Below are positions 38,657 through 48,134 of a stretch of DNA of 64,000 nt, one piece after another. The position numbers and the translations under genes were made by a program. The notes under the pieces were generated by a model. The model ran no database searches, had not been told where the DNA came from, and saw only the letters and a list, made by a program, of their open reading frames with translations. Origin of the DNA: an uncultured Candidatus Saccharibacteria bacterium (GTDB lineage Bacteria > Patescibacteriota > Dojkabacteria > J137); contig OZ246402.1 of assembly GCA_965230975.1 (NCBI GenBank), forward strand, positions 1,056,859 through 1,120,858, written 5' to 3'. Positions within the stretch are counted from its first letter, which is position 1, and every line of letters starts with the position of its first letter.

Positions 38657-39199
38657 ATGAATAATCAGTTGAGGTTTAAAGAAATTCAAGATTCTGAAAT
38701 TGGCTCTGCGGCAGCTCTTATTGTAAATGAAGAAGGAAAGGTTTTAGCATTTGCAAGAGATGGGAATCCAAATAATCTTGGACTAATTGCAGGAAGTAGA
38801 GAAAGAGATCCCATTTCACACAAATTCAATGAAAGTCCATTCGAGTGTATGCATAGAGAATTGAGAGAAGAGTTAATAACTTCAGATCTAGATAAAAAGA
38901 TTCAAGTTAAGCCTTCAGACTTTATTTTCGAAGAAGAACCAATTTATGTAGCCAAACCTCAAGATGATCATCCTTACTGCGCAACTTATATGGTTAAATA
39001 TATTGGTTCTCAAAAATATTTCCCGATTATCTTCTATCATGAAGATTCATATATAGAGGATTCAAAAGTAATCATCACTAAACTTGAAGGGTACGCTATG
39101 TGGGTAGACCCTAAAGATATAATAAGCAATGAGATGTCTGCTTTTAAAGAGTACAATACGGAGCTTCTTAGAATAGCTGGACTTATTAAAGAAATGTAA
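38657..39199 (+). CDS. hypothetical protein, possibly a degenerate Nudix-fold protein
   Basis: GLIAGSRERDPISHKFNESPFECMHRELREELI loosely fits the Nudix box G-x5-E-x7-REUxEExGU. Confidence 0.3.
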   Translation: MNNQLRFKEIQDSEIGSAAALIVNEEGKVLAFARDGNPNNLGLIAGSRERDPISHKFNESPFECMHRELREELITSDLDKKIQVKPSDFIFEEEPIYVAKPQDDHPYCATYMVKYIGSQKYFPIIFYHEDSYIEDSKVIITKLEGYAMWVDPKDIISNEMSAFKEYNTELLRIAGLIKEM

Positions 39200-39298
39200 A
39201 AGCATATCAGCCCTAAAAAAGTTGATATGCTTTTTTAATGGTTTCTATTTAAGTAAGTACATTGATGTGGCATAATATTGAAAGTTAAGAATATTTTT

Positions 39299-39856
39299 AT
39301 GAATATAACGCCAACCACACCCAATGCAGATAGTTTAGACTATTTTGAAAAGGCAACTGCATTTTCAAAATACCTTAAAGATCTTGATGTAAAACTTAAA
39401 GAAGCAAACGCAGGCGAAATAACCTATGTAGCAAATACACATGAAGATTTGCTTCGATTCAGAGAGAAGGTAAGACTTGTAAAAGCACTAGAAAACCCTA
39501 CCTCACAATCATATAAATCATTAAAAACCGAGTATGAAAGTAAACAACATCGAACTCTAGCAGACGATGAGTTTGCAATCGAAGTACAAACTGATATAGA
39601 TACGCACGATCATTATTTTCAACAAGCTAGAGAAGATGGCAAAATGGGGGTTGCCAATGTAATTTGTGGAATACAAATAAAAAAAACTTATGATTCCCAA
39701 GAGAGATTGATTGTAGAAATTAGAGAGCAAGCAAATAAGCTTGGTTTAGAAATTGAAACCGAGAGCATTGAAGAACTTGATACGGATGAAGTAATTAATG
39801 ACTTTTGGTTTTATATAGTAAATGTAAAGGCAAGTGATGGGGTTGGGAGTAACTAG
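39299..39856 (+). CDS. hypothetical protein, tandem paralogue family member 1 (C-terminal DGVGSN motif)
   Basis: Start at ATG (MNITPTT) by alignment with paralogue 2. N-terminus ATAFSKYLKDLDVKLKEAN resembles AKLFSDFIQELDKKLQSIY. Ends ...SDGVGSN. Confidence 0.4.
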   Translation: MNITPTTPNADSLDYFEKATAFSKYLKDLDVKLKEANAGEITYVANTHEDLLRFREKVRLVKALENPTSQSYKSLKTEYESKQHRTLADDEFAIEVQTDIDTHDHYFQQAREDGKMGVANVICGIQIKKTYDSQERLIVEIREQANKLGLEIETESIEELDTDEVINDFWFYIVNVKASDGVGSN

Positions 39857-39990
39857 TTCAACGTAAACTGTTTTATGAAAGAAATATAAGACACTTCAAA
39901 CAAGCATTCATATCTTGCTACAAGGTGTAGATAATGGTGTAGATTAAACAATTTCTACAACAAAAACTACTATGCTATAATCGCCGGATT

Positions 39991-40581
39991 ATGACAACAC
40001 AGCCAGTTGGTGAGCCTCACCCATTAGATTCTACAACAAGAGCAAAACTCTTTAGCGACTTTATTCAAGAACTAGATAAAAAGCTTCAGTCAATTTATGT
40101 TGGTGGAGTTATAGTTCTAGATAATCCTCTTGTAAATATCCAATATTTAGAATCTCAGATAACTGATTTTGAAAGAAAACTATTTGGTACTGAACTTATT
40201 ATAGAATGGGAATTAAATAAATCGATAGTTGGAGAAGATTACTCTATTGAAGATACTAAAGATTATATTCAACATCAAATAGAGATATTAAACAGAAGAT
40301 TGAAAAAGGCTTTAAATAGTTTAAGCACTGGAACTTATGAGTTTAATTTGAGAGTAGTAATTCCTCAAAAGAATTATCCCCCTTTAATAAATGCTATGGA
40401 ATGGGGAGTTGAATATCCAGATGGAAGCCAAATAAGTCTTCCAATAGAAATCGTAGATATTATTAATAACAAAGCTAGTGAATTAAACGGAAGGGTAGTT
40501 GAGGGGGGAACATTTGTAGAAAGACCATATGATGGAGTTGGGTCAAATGAAGTTATAGTTAATCTAATGGTAAGTTTTTAA
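39991..40581 (+). CDS. hypothetical protein, tandem paralogue family member 2 (DGVGSN motif)
   Basis: Shares the N-terminal helical segment and the C-terminal YDGVGSN with member 1. Confidence 0.4.
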   Translation: MTTQPVGEPHPLDSTTRAKLFSDFIQELDKKLQSIYVGGVIVLDNPLVNIQYLESQITDFERKLFGTELIIEWELNKSIVGEDYSIEDTKDYIQHQIEILNRRLKKALNSLSTGTYEFNLRVVIPQKNYPPLINAMEWGVEYPDGSQISLPIEIVDIINNKASELNGRVVEGGTFVERPYDGVGSNEVIVNLMVSF

Positions 40582-40590
40582 ATATAAATT

Positions 40591-41124
40591 ATGCAAGGAG
40601 ATATTCAATTTAACGACAATATTCCTCTATACGAACAAAAGATGCTAGAACTAAGAGCTTTTCTTGAGCAACTAGCTAAAGATACAGATGTATATATTGC
40701 ACAAATACAAATAGAGTTAGATAGTATTCATGATTATCAATCAATTATGGCTGAATTGAGTGAAAAAAGAAAATGGGTAGAAGATGTAAGTCAGGCAAAA
40801 CTCCAAGACGGAACTCTTTTACGAGATTTTTTACCTGAATATTCAATAGAACAATTAGTTGACTACATATTAAGAAAGATAAAGAGACTGGAAGGAAGAC
40901 TTGAAGAGTTAGATGAGTTAGTGGATAGAGAATGTTCCAAAATGTCTTTTAGACTATATGTTACGGACAGAGAAGAGTCTTTAAGTCTAATAAATTTAGT
41001 ATTGAATAAAATAAATTCATTAGGTGGCAAAATTACTAGACGCGAATATGCAAATTTCTTACCTAATGTACTACATAACCCTTACTTTATTGATGTTGAA
41101 TTTAGTGAATTTGATAACAACTAA
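40591..41124 (+). CDS. hypothetical protein, probable third member of the tandem family (coiled-coil)
   Basis: N-terminus MLELRAFLEQLAKDTD parallels the first helix of members 1 and 2. Its stop is followed directly by the start of the next gene. Confidence 0.35.
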   Translation: MQGDIQFNDNIPLYEQKMLELRAFLEQLAKDTDVYIAQIQIELDSIHDYQSIMAELSEKRKWVEDVSQAKLQDGTLLRDFLPEYSIEQLVDYILRKIKRLEGRLEELDELVDRECSKMSFRLYVTDREESLSLINLVLNKINSLGGKITRREYANFLPNVLHNPYFIDVEFSEFDNN

Positions 41125-42201
41125 ATGAAATCCGATGTGCTAGACTTACCTTTAAATTTACTAGAAGATCCTTATTGTGGTTTAAACGAAACTTATTGGG
41201 TAGAAGCGTTGGTTGAAAAAGATTTAGACCGGGTTTATTTCCCAACCATACAATATAAACAAGTCACCTTTCAAATAGACCCCAGAACAAAAGTAGTTGT
41301 AATGGTTCCTTTTAAAATTCAAGCAGGAGTAGAAAGTGGATTAGTATATATCAATGGCATTTTAAAAATAATAACCATACGTAATAATAAAGTTGAAATC
41401 TATAGAAGATCTGCACTAAGTAAAGGCATTGAAGATCAAATCAATAGTAAATTTAAAATCCCTCACATACAAATGCAAGAAGAATTCGAAGAGGAGATAG
41501 AAGAAAGTGATTGGGATTTATATTTTGATGGGAGAGCAAGTATAAGCAATAGATTCTTACAGTATAAAAGCACTCTTGCCTTTTTAATATTGTCCGATGT
41601 ACCTTTAGAAACCAAAAATAATTTGATACACCAATGGATACTAAGCCTAGACCCCCTAATAATAAATGACGCTTTTATAAGATCAATAATTTATTATGCA
41701 AGGCATTTACCCACGATAATTGATTCAATAATAGAAAAAATAGCTCACAACAATCTACCAATAACTCAAGAATCATTTTTAGAAATTACAAAGAATTTTT
41801 GTTACAGTCAGCATAGTGCAAAAGAATTACTTGAAATTATTACTAACCTAAACTTTCAAAACCCACAAATTATAACTAAATTCTCTTTTGAGCATATAAC
41901 TAGGGCAATTATTACAAAACAAGAATACCCCTTGATCTTGCAAATACTAAAAGATGACTTTGTCCTAAATAATTATATCGATAGCTATTTTATTCGCTCA
42001 CTAAGAAGGTTTATATTAGAAATGGAAGATCCCATTGAGGATTGTTGCAAAATATTAGATTTATTATTAGAGACAGGAGTATCTAGAATTAACGAAGAGC
42101 TTGCCTATACATTGGTTAAAATTATAAGCGAGGATAGCCTTAGACTTTCTTATTTAAAGATAATTCAAACAAAATTCAAAAGGGCGAATCAAGAACCTTA
42201 A
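41125..42201 (+). CDS. hypothetical protein, paralogue of the 29034-30137 product
   Basis: Conserved blocks NETYWVEALVEKDLD and DWDLYFDGRASISNRFLQYKSTLAFLILSD, with a helical-repeat C-terminal half. Confidence 0.4.
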   Translation: MKSDVLDLPLNLLEDPYCGLNETYWVEALVEKDLDRVYFPTIQYKQVTFQIDPRTKVVVMVPFKIQAGVESGLVYINGILKIITIRNNKVEIYRRSALSKGIEDQINSKFKIPHIQMQEEFEEEIEESDWDLYFDGRASISNRFLQYKSTLAFLILSDVPLETKNNLIHQWILSLDPLIINDAFIRSIIYYARHLPTIIDSIIEKIAHNNLPITQESFLEITKNFCYSQHSAKELLEIITNLNFQNPQIITKFSFEHITRAIITKQEYPLILQILKDDFVLNNYIDSYFIRSLRRFILEMEDPIEDCCKILDLLLETGVSRINEELAYTLVKIISEDSLRLSYLKIIQTKFKRANQEP

Positions 42202-42287
42202 GCTTTGCTATTTAAACTTGTAAATATTAACTTACTAATACTATAATCTTAATAACTAAAGATTTTACTTCTTGAAACTATTTATTT

Positions 42288-42911
42288 ATGGAAACTATAA
42301 AGCTAAATATTGCAATCCGTTTTGAAGATCAAATACTTGACCAAATAGGCGAATTACTTGAAGGGCTAGATGAAAGATATGAAGTTAAATATATTGCCGA
42401 TAATAAAAATTCTATACCCCATATTACTTTGTACCAAAATATCTTTCCTGCAAAAAAGTTAGATGAAATAGAGCAATTACTTGCAGATATAGTTGGTAAT
42501 ACATCTGAATTTACTTTAAGGTTTAATAGATTAATTCATAATAGAAGCACTATTTGGGCAGGATTTGAAAGAACTCCAGAGCTTATTAGCCTTCACCAAA
42601 GAATTACAGAAGAAGTTCAACCTTTAAGAGAAGGTTTGGTAGAAGAGCAATTTAAAGAAGATCACCCTGTATATTTGGCCTTGCCTCCTCAAAAAAAAGA
42701 GATGCTACAAAAGTGGGGTCACCCTTATGTTATGGATACTTTTGACCCACATATTTCTTTATTAAAACTTGTAGATAGAGAGCTTGTTTATGTTGTTTTG
42801 AATAGAATTAATTGGAATTTAATGAAGATTCCTGTAGCAAAAATTGCAATTTATAAGGGTGGAGAAGAGGGCACATGTAAAGAACTTATTAAAGAATTTG
42901 ATTTAGCGTAA
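42288..42911 (+). CDS. 2H phosphoesterase superfamily protein (LigT/ThpR-like 2',5' RNA ligase / cyclic phosphodiesterase fold)
   Basis: Two H-x-T/S-x motifs: PHITLYQ and PHISLLK. 207 aa. Confidence 0.55.
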   Translation: METIKLNIAIRFEDQILDQIGELLEGLDERYEVKYIADNKNSIPHITLYQNIFPAKKLDEIEQLLADIVGNTSEFTLRFNRLIHNRSTIWAGFERTPELISLHQRITEEVQPLREGLVEEQFKEDHPVYLALPPQKKEMLQKWGHPYVMDTFDPHISLLKLVDRELVYVVLNRINWNLMKIPVAKIAIYKGGEEGTCKELIKEFDLA

Positions 42912-42936
42912 CGCTTTAAAAGTTATTACAAAACAG

Positions 42937-42959
42937 GGACCCCGACTTTGTCGGGGTCC
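42937..42959. terminator. bidirectional intrinsic terminator between convergent genes
   Basis: ggaccccgac-ttt-gtcggggtcc (10-bp perfect stem), with T-rich tracts on both strands. Confidence 0.7.
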
Positions 42960-42976
42960 TTTAAATTTATTTTGAT

Positions 42977-44212
42977 TTAGATTTCAGTAGGGAAAAACCT
43001 TATTGCTTCAACCACTGGAGATTCAGAGCCAGATCGACCCCAAGCAAAAACATACTTACTTGAAAAATTCACTTGTGATAAAAGATTTCTGGTACCATTT
43101 ACATCAAACAAAGAAAATATGTAACCAAAAGGAATATGCTTAAACCTTTCTGAATTTCCATTATTACCTACCAAAGCAATAATGTGTTTTTTCATTGCAG
43201 TTATAGTTGATTTTTTACTTGGTTCGATTTCATTTAGCACTTGATTTAAATAATCAGGTACTTTTGAAATAGGCATATTAAACAATTCCATGACTCTATC
43301 ATTACCTAACGCTTCCCAAAACTTTGTTAAGGCTTTTTTAAAGTCATGTTCAAACATGGTAAACCTATTAAGATTATTTCTTTCGATCTCTTCTGGAGTA
43401 CTTTCTGGGTTTAATTTTTTAAAACGTTCTTCTATACCATCAAATGCTTCGTTAAATAAACCATCTTCAACAGCTCGATAGATAGGTAATTTCCTTCCAA
43501 AATAAGAACCCAATGTTCTATCTTTAAAAGAGTTATATGTTAATTTTTCAGAAATAGCATGATTAACAACCCCTATAAACAAAGGTGTGATTATATTACC
43601 CCTAGCAGTTCTTGCTACTTCCACTTTACCTGGGACAGTTATTTGAGCTGACATCTCTTCTAGTAATTCAATATCTGACTCTTCTAAGTCACTTGCAAAA
43701 TTAGACCCTAGGCAAGATCTAACAAAAACACTAAGTTCTGTCTCTTCAAAACTAAAATCTGGATACTTTTCAATTAATTCATAAGCTTCCAAAAGCATTA
43801 ACTCATCTTGTGGGGTTTTGTTTCCTGATTCAAAGACTGATTCTACTTGTGTTATTAAGTAACTTTGCATTAATTTTGTATCTAGTTTTTCTAAAGACAT
43901 TAATGCTTGTAAATTTGCTTCGGACAAATATTGCAAAGCAGATCTGTATTCATCTGAAATTTTATTAGTGGTAAATACTTCTTCATCAAATTCAATTAAG
44001 ATATCTTGTAAATCATCTAATTCTCCTATCATTAATGTTTCTTCCTGCCTTCTTTTAAGCAACTCTATTTTCTGAGAAAGTTCAAGAGCAGAGATATCTG
44101 ATATTACTAATGGGTTTGAGGCATCTAAATTCTGTCTTATAACTGCTAACATAAAAATATTCGATTGAGACATTTGTGTAAGGATAATATTTAAAGTAGC
44201 CAATGTTACCAC
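42977..44212 (-). CDS. hypothetical protein
   Basis: 411-aa ORF; acidic N-terminal half; no motifs. Confidence 0.35.
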   Translation of the reverse strand: MVTLATLNIILTQMSQSNIFMLAVIRQNLDASNPLVISDISALELSQKIELLKRRQEETLMIGELDDLQDILIEFDEEVFTTNKISDEYRSALQYLSEANLQALMSLEKLDTKLMQSYLITQVESVFESGNKTPQDELMLLEAYELIEKYPDFSFEETELSVFVRSCLGSNFASDLEESDIELLEEMSAQITVPGKVEVARTARGNIITPLFIGVVNHAISEKLTYNSFKDRTLGSYFGRKLPIYRAVEDGLFNEAFDGIEERFKKLNPESTPEEIERNNLNRFTMFEHDFKKALTKFWEALGNDRVMELFNMPISKVPDYLNQVLNEIEPSKKSTITAMKKHIIALVGNNGNSERFKHIPFGYIFSLFDVNGTRNLLSQVNFSSKYVFAWGRSGSESPVVEAIRFFPTEI

Positions 44213-44312
44213 GCCCTGTCGTTTTGTTAAAGCCAGGCATGATAAAATAGTACTTTAAAGTACTGGAGAGTGTACATTTGTTAAGTCTGTAATTCTTAGT
44301 GCTAGTTAATTC

Positions 44313-45326
44313 TTAGCTTAAATTACTTGCAATAACTATGTATGGTGTTTGCCCTAAATATCCAATTTGTCTTGATTCCACTTTGTGATTAGGGAAATAA
44401 TCCTTTAAAAACTTAACCATCAAATCCGGTTTGGTTAATATAAAACCTAAAGCAGACTTTTCTTTTAAAATTCTTGCATATTCTTTAACAGAACCTTCGT
44501 AAAGGTCTGTAATACTTTCTACTTTGATTTGAGAATCCCAAGGGTAATTAGAAACAGCAATGTCAAAAGAGTTATCTTCCCATTCTGTTTGTAATGCATC
44601 TTGAGCCTTAATTTCTGGGTCTTTTACACCAAACTTTGTTGAAAGAGTAGTAATAGCTGTATTTACTGCCGTTGGATTAATATCTCCACCTTTAACTTTG
44701 TGGCCAAATAGTATTCCTTCTGCTAAAAATGTTCCAGAACCGCAAAAATTGTCCACCAAATCCAATTCTTTTAAATTACCCGAAACCATTCTTATAATAC
44801 TTGCAGCTATTGTGGGCCTTAAAGAGCCCAAAAACATTTGCCTTACTGCGTAATCTCGGTCCTTTAAGGCCCGTTTAAAGACTCTTAAACCAACAAAAAG
44901 ATTGGTTTCTTCAATAATTACTCTTAGGTTGTAATCAGATTCATCTTCTCTAGAAACTTCTAATCCTAACAGGTCTTTTACAACTTCGTGCATAAATCCT
45001 TCTATTAGTTTCTTATCAACCTTAGCGTTTTTATATACAGAAACAGTAACGCTTACTTTTTTACCAGGTTTTCTAATCTCATTTATTTTTACTACAGCTT
45101 CTTTAACAGGATCTTCTAAATCATTTACAAACTCGTTGTAGTAAGTTGTTTTTTTGATTTTGATAAATACATCATCTACGGTTGTTAAAGTAGAGCATTT
45201 TTGTAAGTCATCAATTTCAAAATTTATATATTTTTGAGAAACTTCTAAATTTTGACCACCGATTTCTTTAATTTCTTCTGCAGATATGTCTTCTAAACCT
45301 TTTGTAACTGTTGCTAAAATTTTCAT
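44313..45326 (-). CDS. THUMP-domain RNA methyltransferase (Trm14/RlmL-like N2-guanine/N6-adenine MTase family)
   Basis: N-terminal THUMP-like domain. Motif I DNFCGSGTFLAEG. Motif IV variant AVSNYPWDS, a DPPY/NPPW-like sequence. Confidence 0.5.
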   Translation of the reverse strand: MKILATVTKGLEDISAEEIKEIGGQNLEVSQKYINFEIDDLQKCSTLTTVDDVFIKIKKTTYYNEFVNDLEDPVKEAVVKINEIRKPGKKVSVTVSVYKNAKVDKKLIEGFMHEVVKDLLGLEVSREDESDYNLRVIIEETNLFVGLRVFKRALKDRDYAVRQMFLGSLRPTIAASIIRMVSGNLKELDLVDNFCGSGTFLAEGILFGHKVKGGDINPTAVNTAITTLSTKFGVKDPEIKAQDALQTEWEDNSFDIAVSNYPWDSQIKVESITDLYEGSVKEYARILKEKSALGFILTKPDLMVKFLKDYFPNHKVESRQIGYLGQTPYIVIASNLS

Positions 45327-45403
45327 ATTTTTGGTAATTAATCTTGTGCATTATAGCTTTTTATTAGTAATAAAACTAATCAAAAGCATTGCTGAAATAC
45401 TTG

Positions 45404-46084
45404 CTAAGGATTCTCTTTAATATACTTTTTGAAAAACTTATTTACATTATCTAAATCTCTTTGGTACATCCATTCCCAATTATCATTTTTTCTAATGTCT
45501 ATAGATTGCGGGAAATCAATAATGTAAGGCTTTGAATTCCAAACCAAAATATTATGTTCAGATAAATCCCCATGAAAAATTCCGTTGTCTAAAAATATTT
45601 GAATAGAGGAGAGTATCTCTTTATAAAATATACTTGCAATTTCGGAAGTAAGTTTGACCGAAACTAGTTTTGGTGCTGGCAAATTAAAGTCTCCTAAATA
45701 TTCCATTAAAATTGCATTATCTGTGAAATCATATACTTTCGGAAGACTTGCCCCTAACTCATAAAACTTTTCTAGCATGTAAAACTCTCTACTTGTCCAA
45801 AGTTTATGAATTATCTGCCTACCATACTTTGTTTTTTTAGAAACTGCTTTTCTTACACTCCTTTCTTTGAAATGTTTACCTTTAATGTACTGCGAATTTG
45901 AACTTTTAATAATATTTTCTTTATAAACTTTCAAAGCAAAAAGTTCTTTGCCTTTTTCTATTTTATTAGTCGAAACTAGCCACACAGAAGCCTCCTTTCC
46001 AGATTTGATAGGCTTTATAAGTTCTAAGTCTATATATTTCTTTTGCAAACGTGCAACCTCGCTAACTGCATTTGTTTGATGCAT
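45404..46084 (-). CDS. RIO-type serine/threonine protein kinase
   Basis: Nucleotide loop SGKEASVW. ALKVYK contains the conserved Lys. Catalytic loop HGDLSEHNILV. Metal-binding loop IIDFPQS. 226 aa. Confidence 0.6.
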   Translation of the reverse strand: MHQTNAVSEVARLQKKYIDLELIKPIKSGKEASVWLVSTNKIEKGKELFALKVYKENIIKSSNSQYIKGKHFKERSVRKAVSKKTKYGRQIIHKLWTSREFYMLEKFYELGASLPKVYDFTDNAILMEYLGDFNLPAPKLVSVKLTSEIASIFYKEILSSIQIFLDNGIFHGDLSEHNILVWNSKPYIIDFPQSIDIRKNDNWEWMYQRDLDNVNKFFKKYIKENP

Positions 46085-46566
46085 ATTTTAATTTTGCTCT
46101 TTAGAAGCTATCAAAAAGAATTTGTGAATGAATTACGTGCAGACTTGTTTATAAATTGAGATTTAAGTTTTGAGGAGATTTACTTTAGTGTAACTACCTC
46201 TTTTGTTTTCTTTTGAATTGCTGTCATAAAGAGATAGTTAATAAGTAATGGTGATAATTATACCATCTTGCAAAGAATTAACCATTATTGGTTCAATCAA
46301 GTTCAGACTTTCAAAATTGAGATACTCTCTTTTATGTGCGTACAAAAATTACACCTGTGGGTGCACTTACTCTCGTAAAATTAGTTATACAGATAAGACT
46401 TATAGAAACCGTAACCTTCTAAAGTCTTAATGGATAGGCATTGAAAAAAGTGTTGTGCAAGTGCAATTTTTACAGTGTATCAAAAGACACCTTTTACCTT
46501 GTAAAATTTCAATGCTATACTATTTTTACATCGCCAAAGCGAGATATTATTAATAAATTATAAAAT

Positions 46567-47079
46567 ATGATTGTAAGAAATCCAGAACAACGAGTTGCAG
46601 TATTAGTAGATGTTCAAAACCTATATTACAGTGCAAAAAACTTATATAAACAAAAAGTAAACTTTAAAAATTTATTAGACTTAGCTGTGCAAGGTAGAGT
46701 ACTAACAAGAGCAATCGCTTATGTTATAAATGCCCAACCAGGAGAAGATAATGAATTTTTTGAAGCAGTTAATAATGCTGGCTTTGAGGTAAAAGAAAAA
46801 CCGCTTCAAACTTTCTTTGGTGGAGCAAAAAAAGGAGACTGGGACGTTGGAATAGCTATGGATGCAGTAAGACTTGCTTCTAAAGTAGATTCAATTGTAT
46901 TAATTTCTGGAGATGGAGACTTTAGACCAGTTGTAAGTTATTTACAGTCTGCAGGTTGCCTTGTAGAAGTTGTAGCATTTGAGAAAACAGCAAATAACGA
47001 CTTAATGAAAGAGGCAGATGACTTTACAAATATGGATGAATACCACGAAGATTTATTATTTAGAGATAGACGTAAGTAA
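46567..47079 (+). CDS. NYN/LabA-like (PIN-like) domain protein
   Basis: VAVLVDVQNLYYS and LISGDGDF are the hallmark motifs of LabA/NYN domains. Confidence 0.6.
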   Translation: MIVRNPEQRVAVLVDVQNLYYSAKNLYKQKVNFKNLLDLAVQGRVLTRAIAYVINAQPGEDNEFFEAVNNAGFEVKEKPLQTFFGGAKKGDWDVGIAMDAVRLASKVDSIVLISGDGDFRPVVSYLQSAGCLVEVVAFEKTANNDLMKEADDFTNMDEYHEDLLFRDRRK

Positions 47080-47875
47080 TCACCTCAAAAATTTCTCAAC
47101 TAATTTGATAACTTCTGCTAAATCTGAAAATATTGATTCTACACATTCTTTATTATAGTGTTTTGATTGATCCTTTTCTGAAAGACTGCTTAAATGAATC
47201 TTATTGCGAAGTATTCTAATTTTTTCAGATTTATCATATAAGTCTTTATTTAAAACATTAATTTTCAATAAATACCTGTTAATTTCATTAAAATTGGAAT
47301 CTTTCTTTAGCACCTTTGACTTTTTGATTCTATTAGACAATACTAGATCTACTTCTTCATTTTTGTAAAGTTCTTTCACAAACTCATATTCTATATCTGT
47401 ATATCCTAATTCCTCCATGCTGATAACTTTAGTTTCATAAATATCTAATGCTAGATAATTTAAAAGACATTCTAGTATAGAGGCTGAGTGTATAATAATA
47501 TCTTTAAATATAAGAAAACTTATAGGTTCTTCTAATTCATATGCTTTCTCTAGGGAAACTAAAAAAAGAGTATATATGAATGAATTTACTAAATTTGTTT
47601 TTTTGACATCATCAGAAATATAGTCAAATTTATGGCTTATAATTTCTTTATCAAAAAAATCAAATACTGAAAAAAGCTTACTTCTTGAGGCTGTCATAAG
47701 ATAGTATTGAAGCAAGTGATGGATATCCAATCGACTTAAGCTTACTTACAAGCTCAGCATTCTTTCTCATAATCTCTGTGCTTATTTTCTTTTCTGCTTT
47801 AGGTAGAGATTTTTTTAGAATTTTAGACTCTTGTTTCATCAAATACATGATAATACTTTTTAATAAATTATTCAT
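47080..47875 (-). CDS. hypothetical protein; two overlapping ORFs (47678-47875 and 47080-47730) may be one gene with a frameshift or misplaced start
   Basis: The ORFs overlap by 53 nt in different frames on the same strand. The upstream ORF has a plausible ATG at 47875. Confidence 0.25.
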
Positions 47876-48134
47876 CTAAGTATAAAATACATTTCTTACA
47901 AAATCCTTTCAGTTTCAAATTTCTTTAAGTTTCTGTATCTGGTAAAATCATATCGTATATGAAAAAAACAAAACAAAAACTTAGACACAGTATATTGTGG
48001 TGGGGAATGATTTTACTAATTATTTCTAGCATAGTTTTGCCACCGCTATTCCTACTCTTTCAAGTAGCTGCAAAATAAGGTTTAAATAATTAACAGGTTT
48101 ACAAATCAGGTACACAAGCTGTTAAAATATCTGT

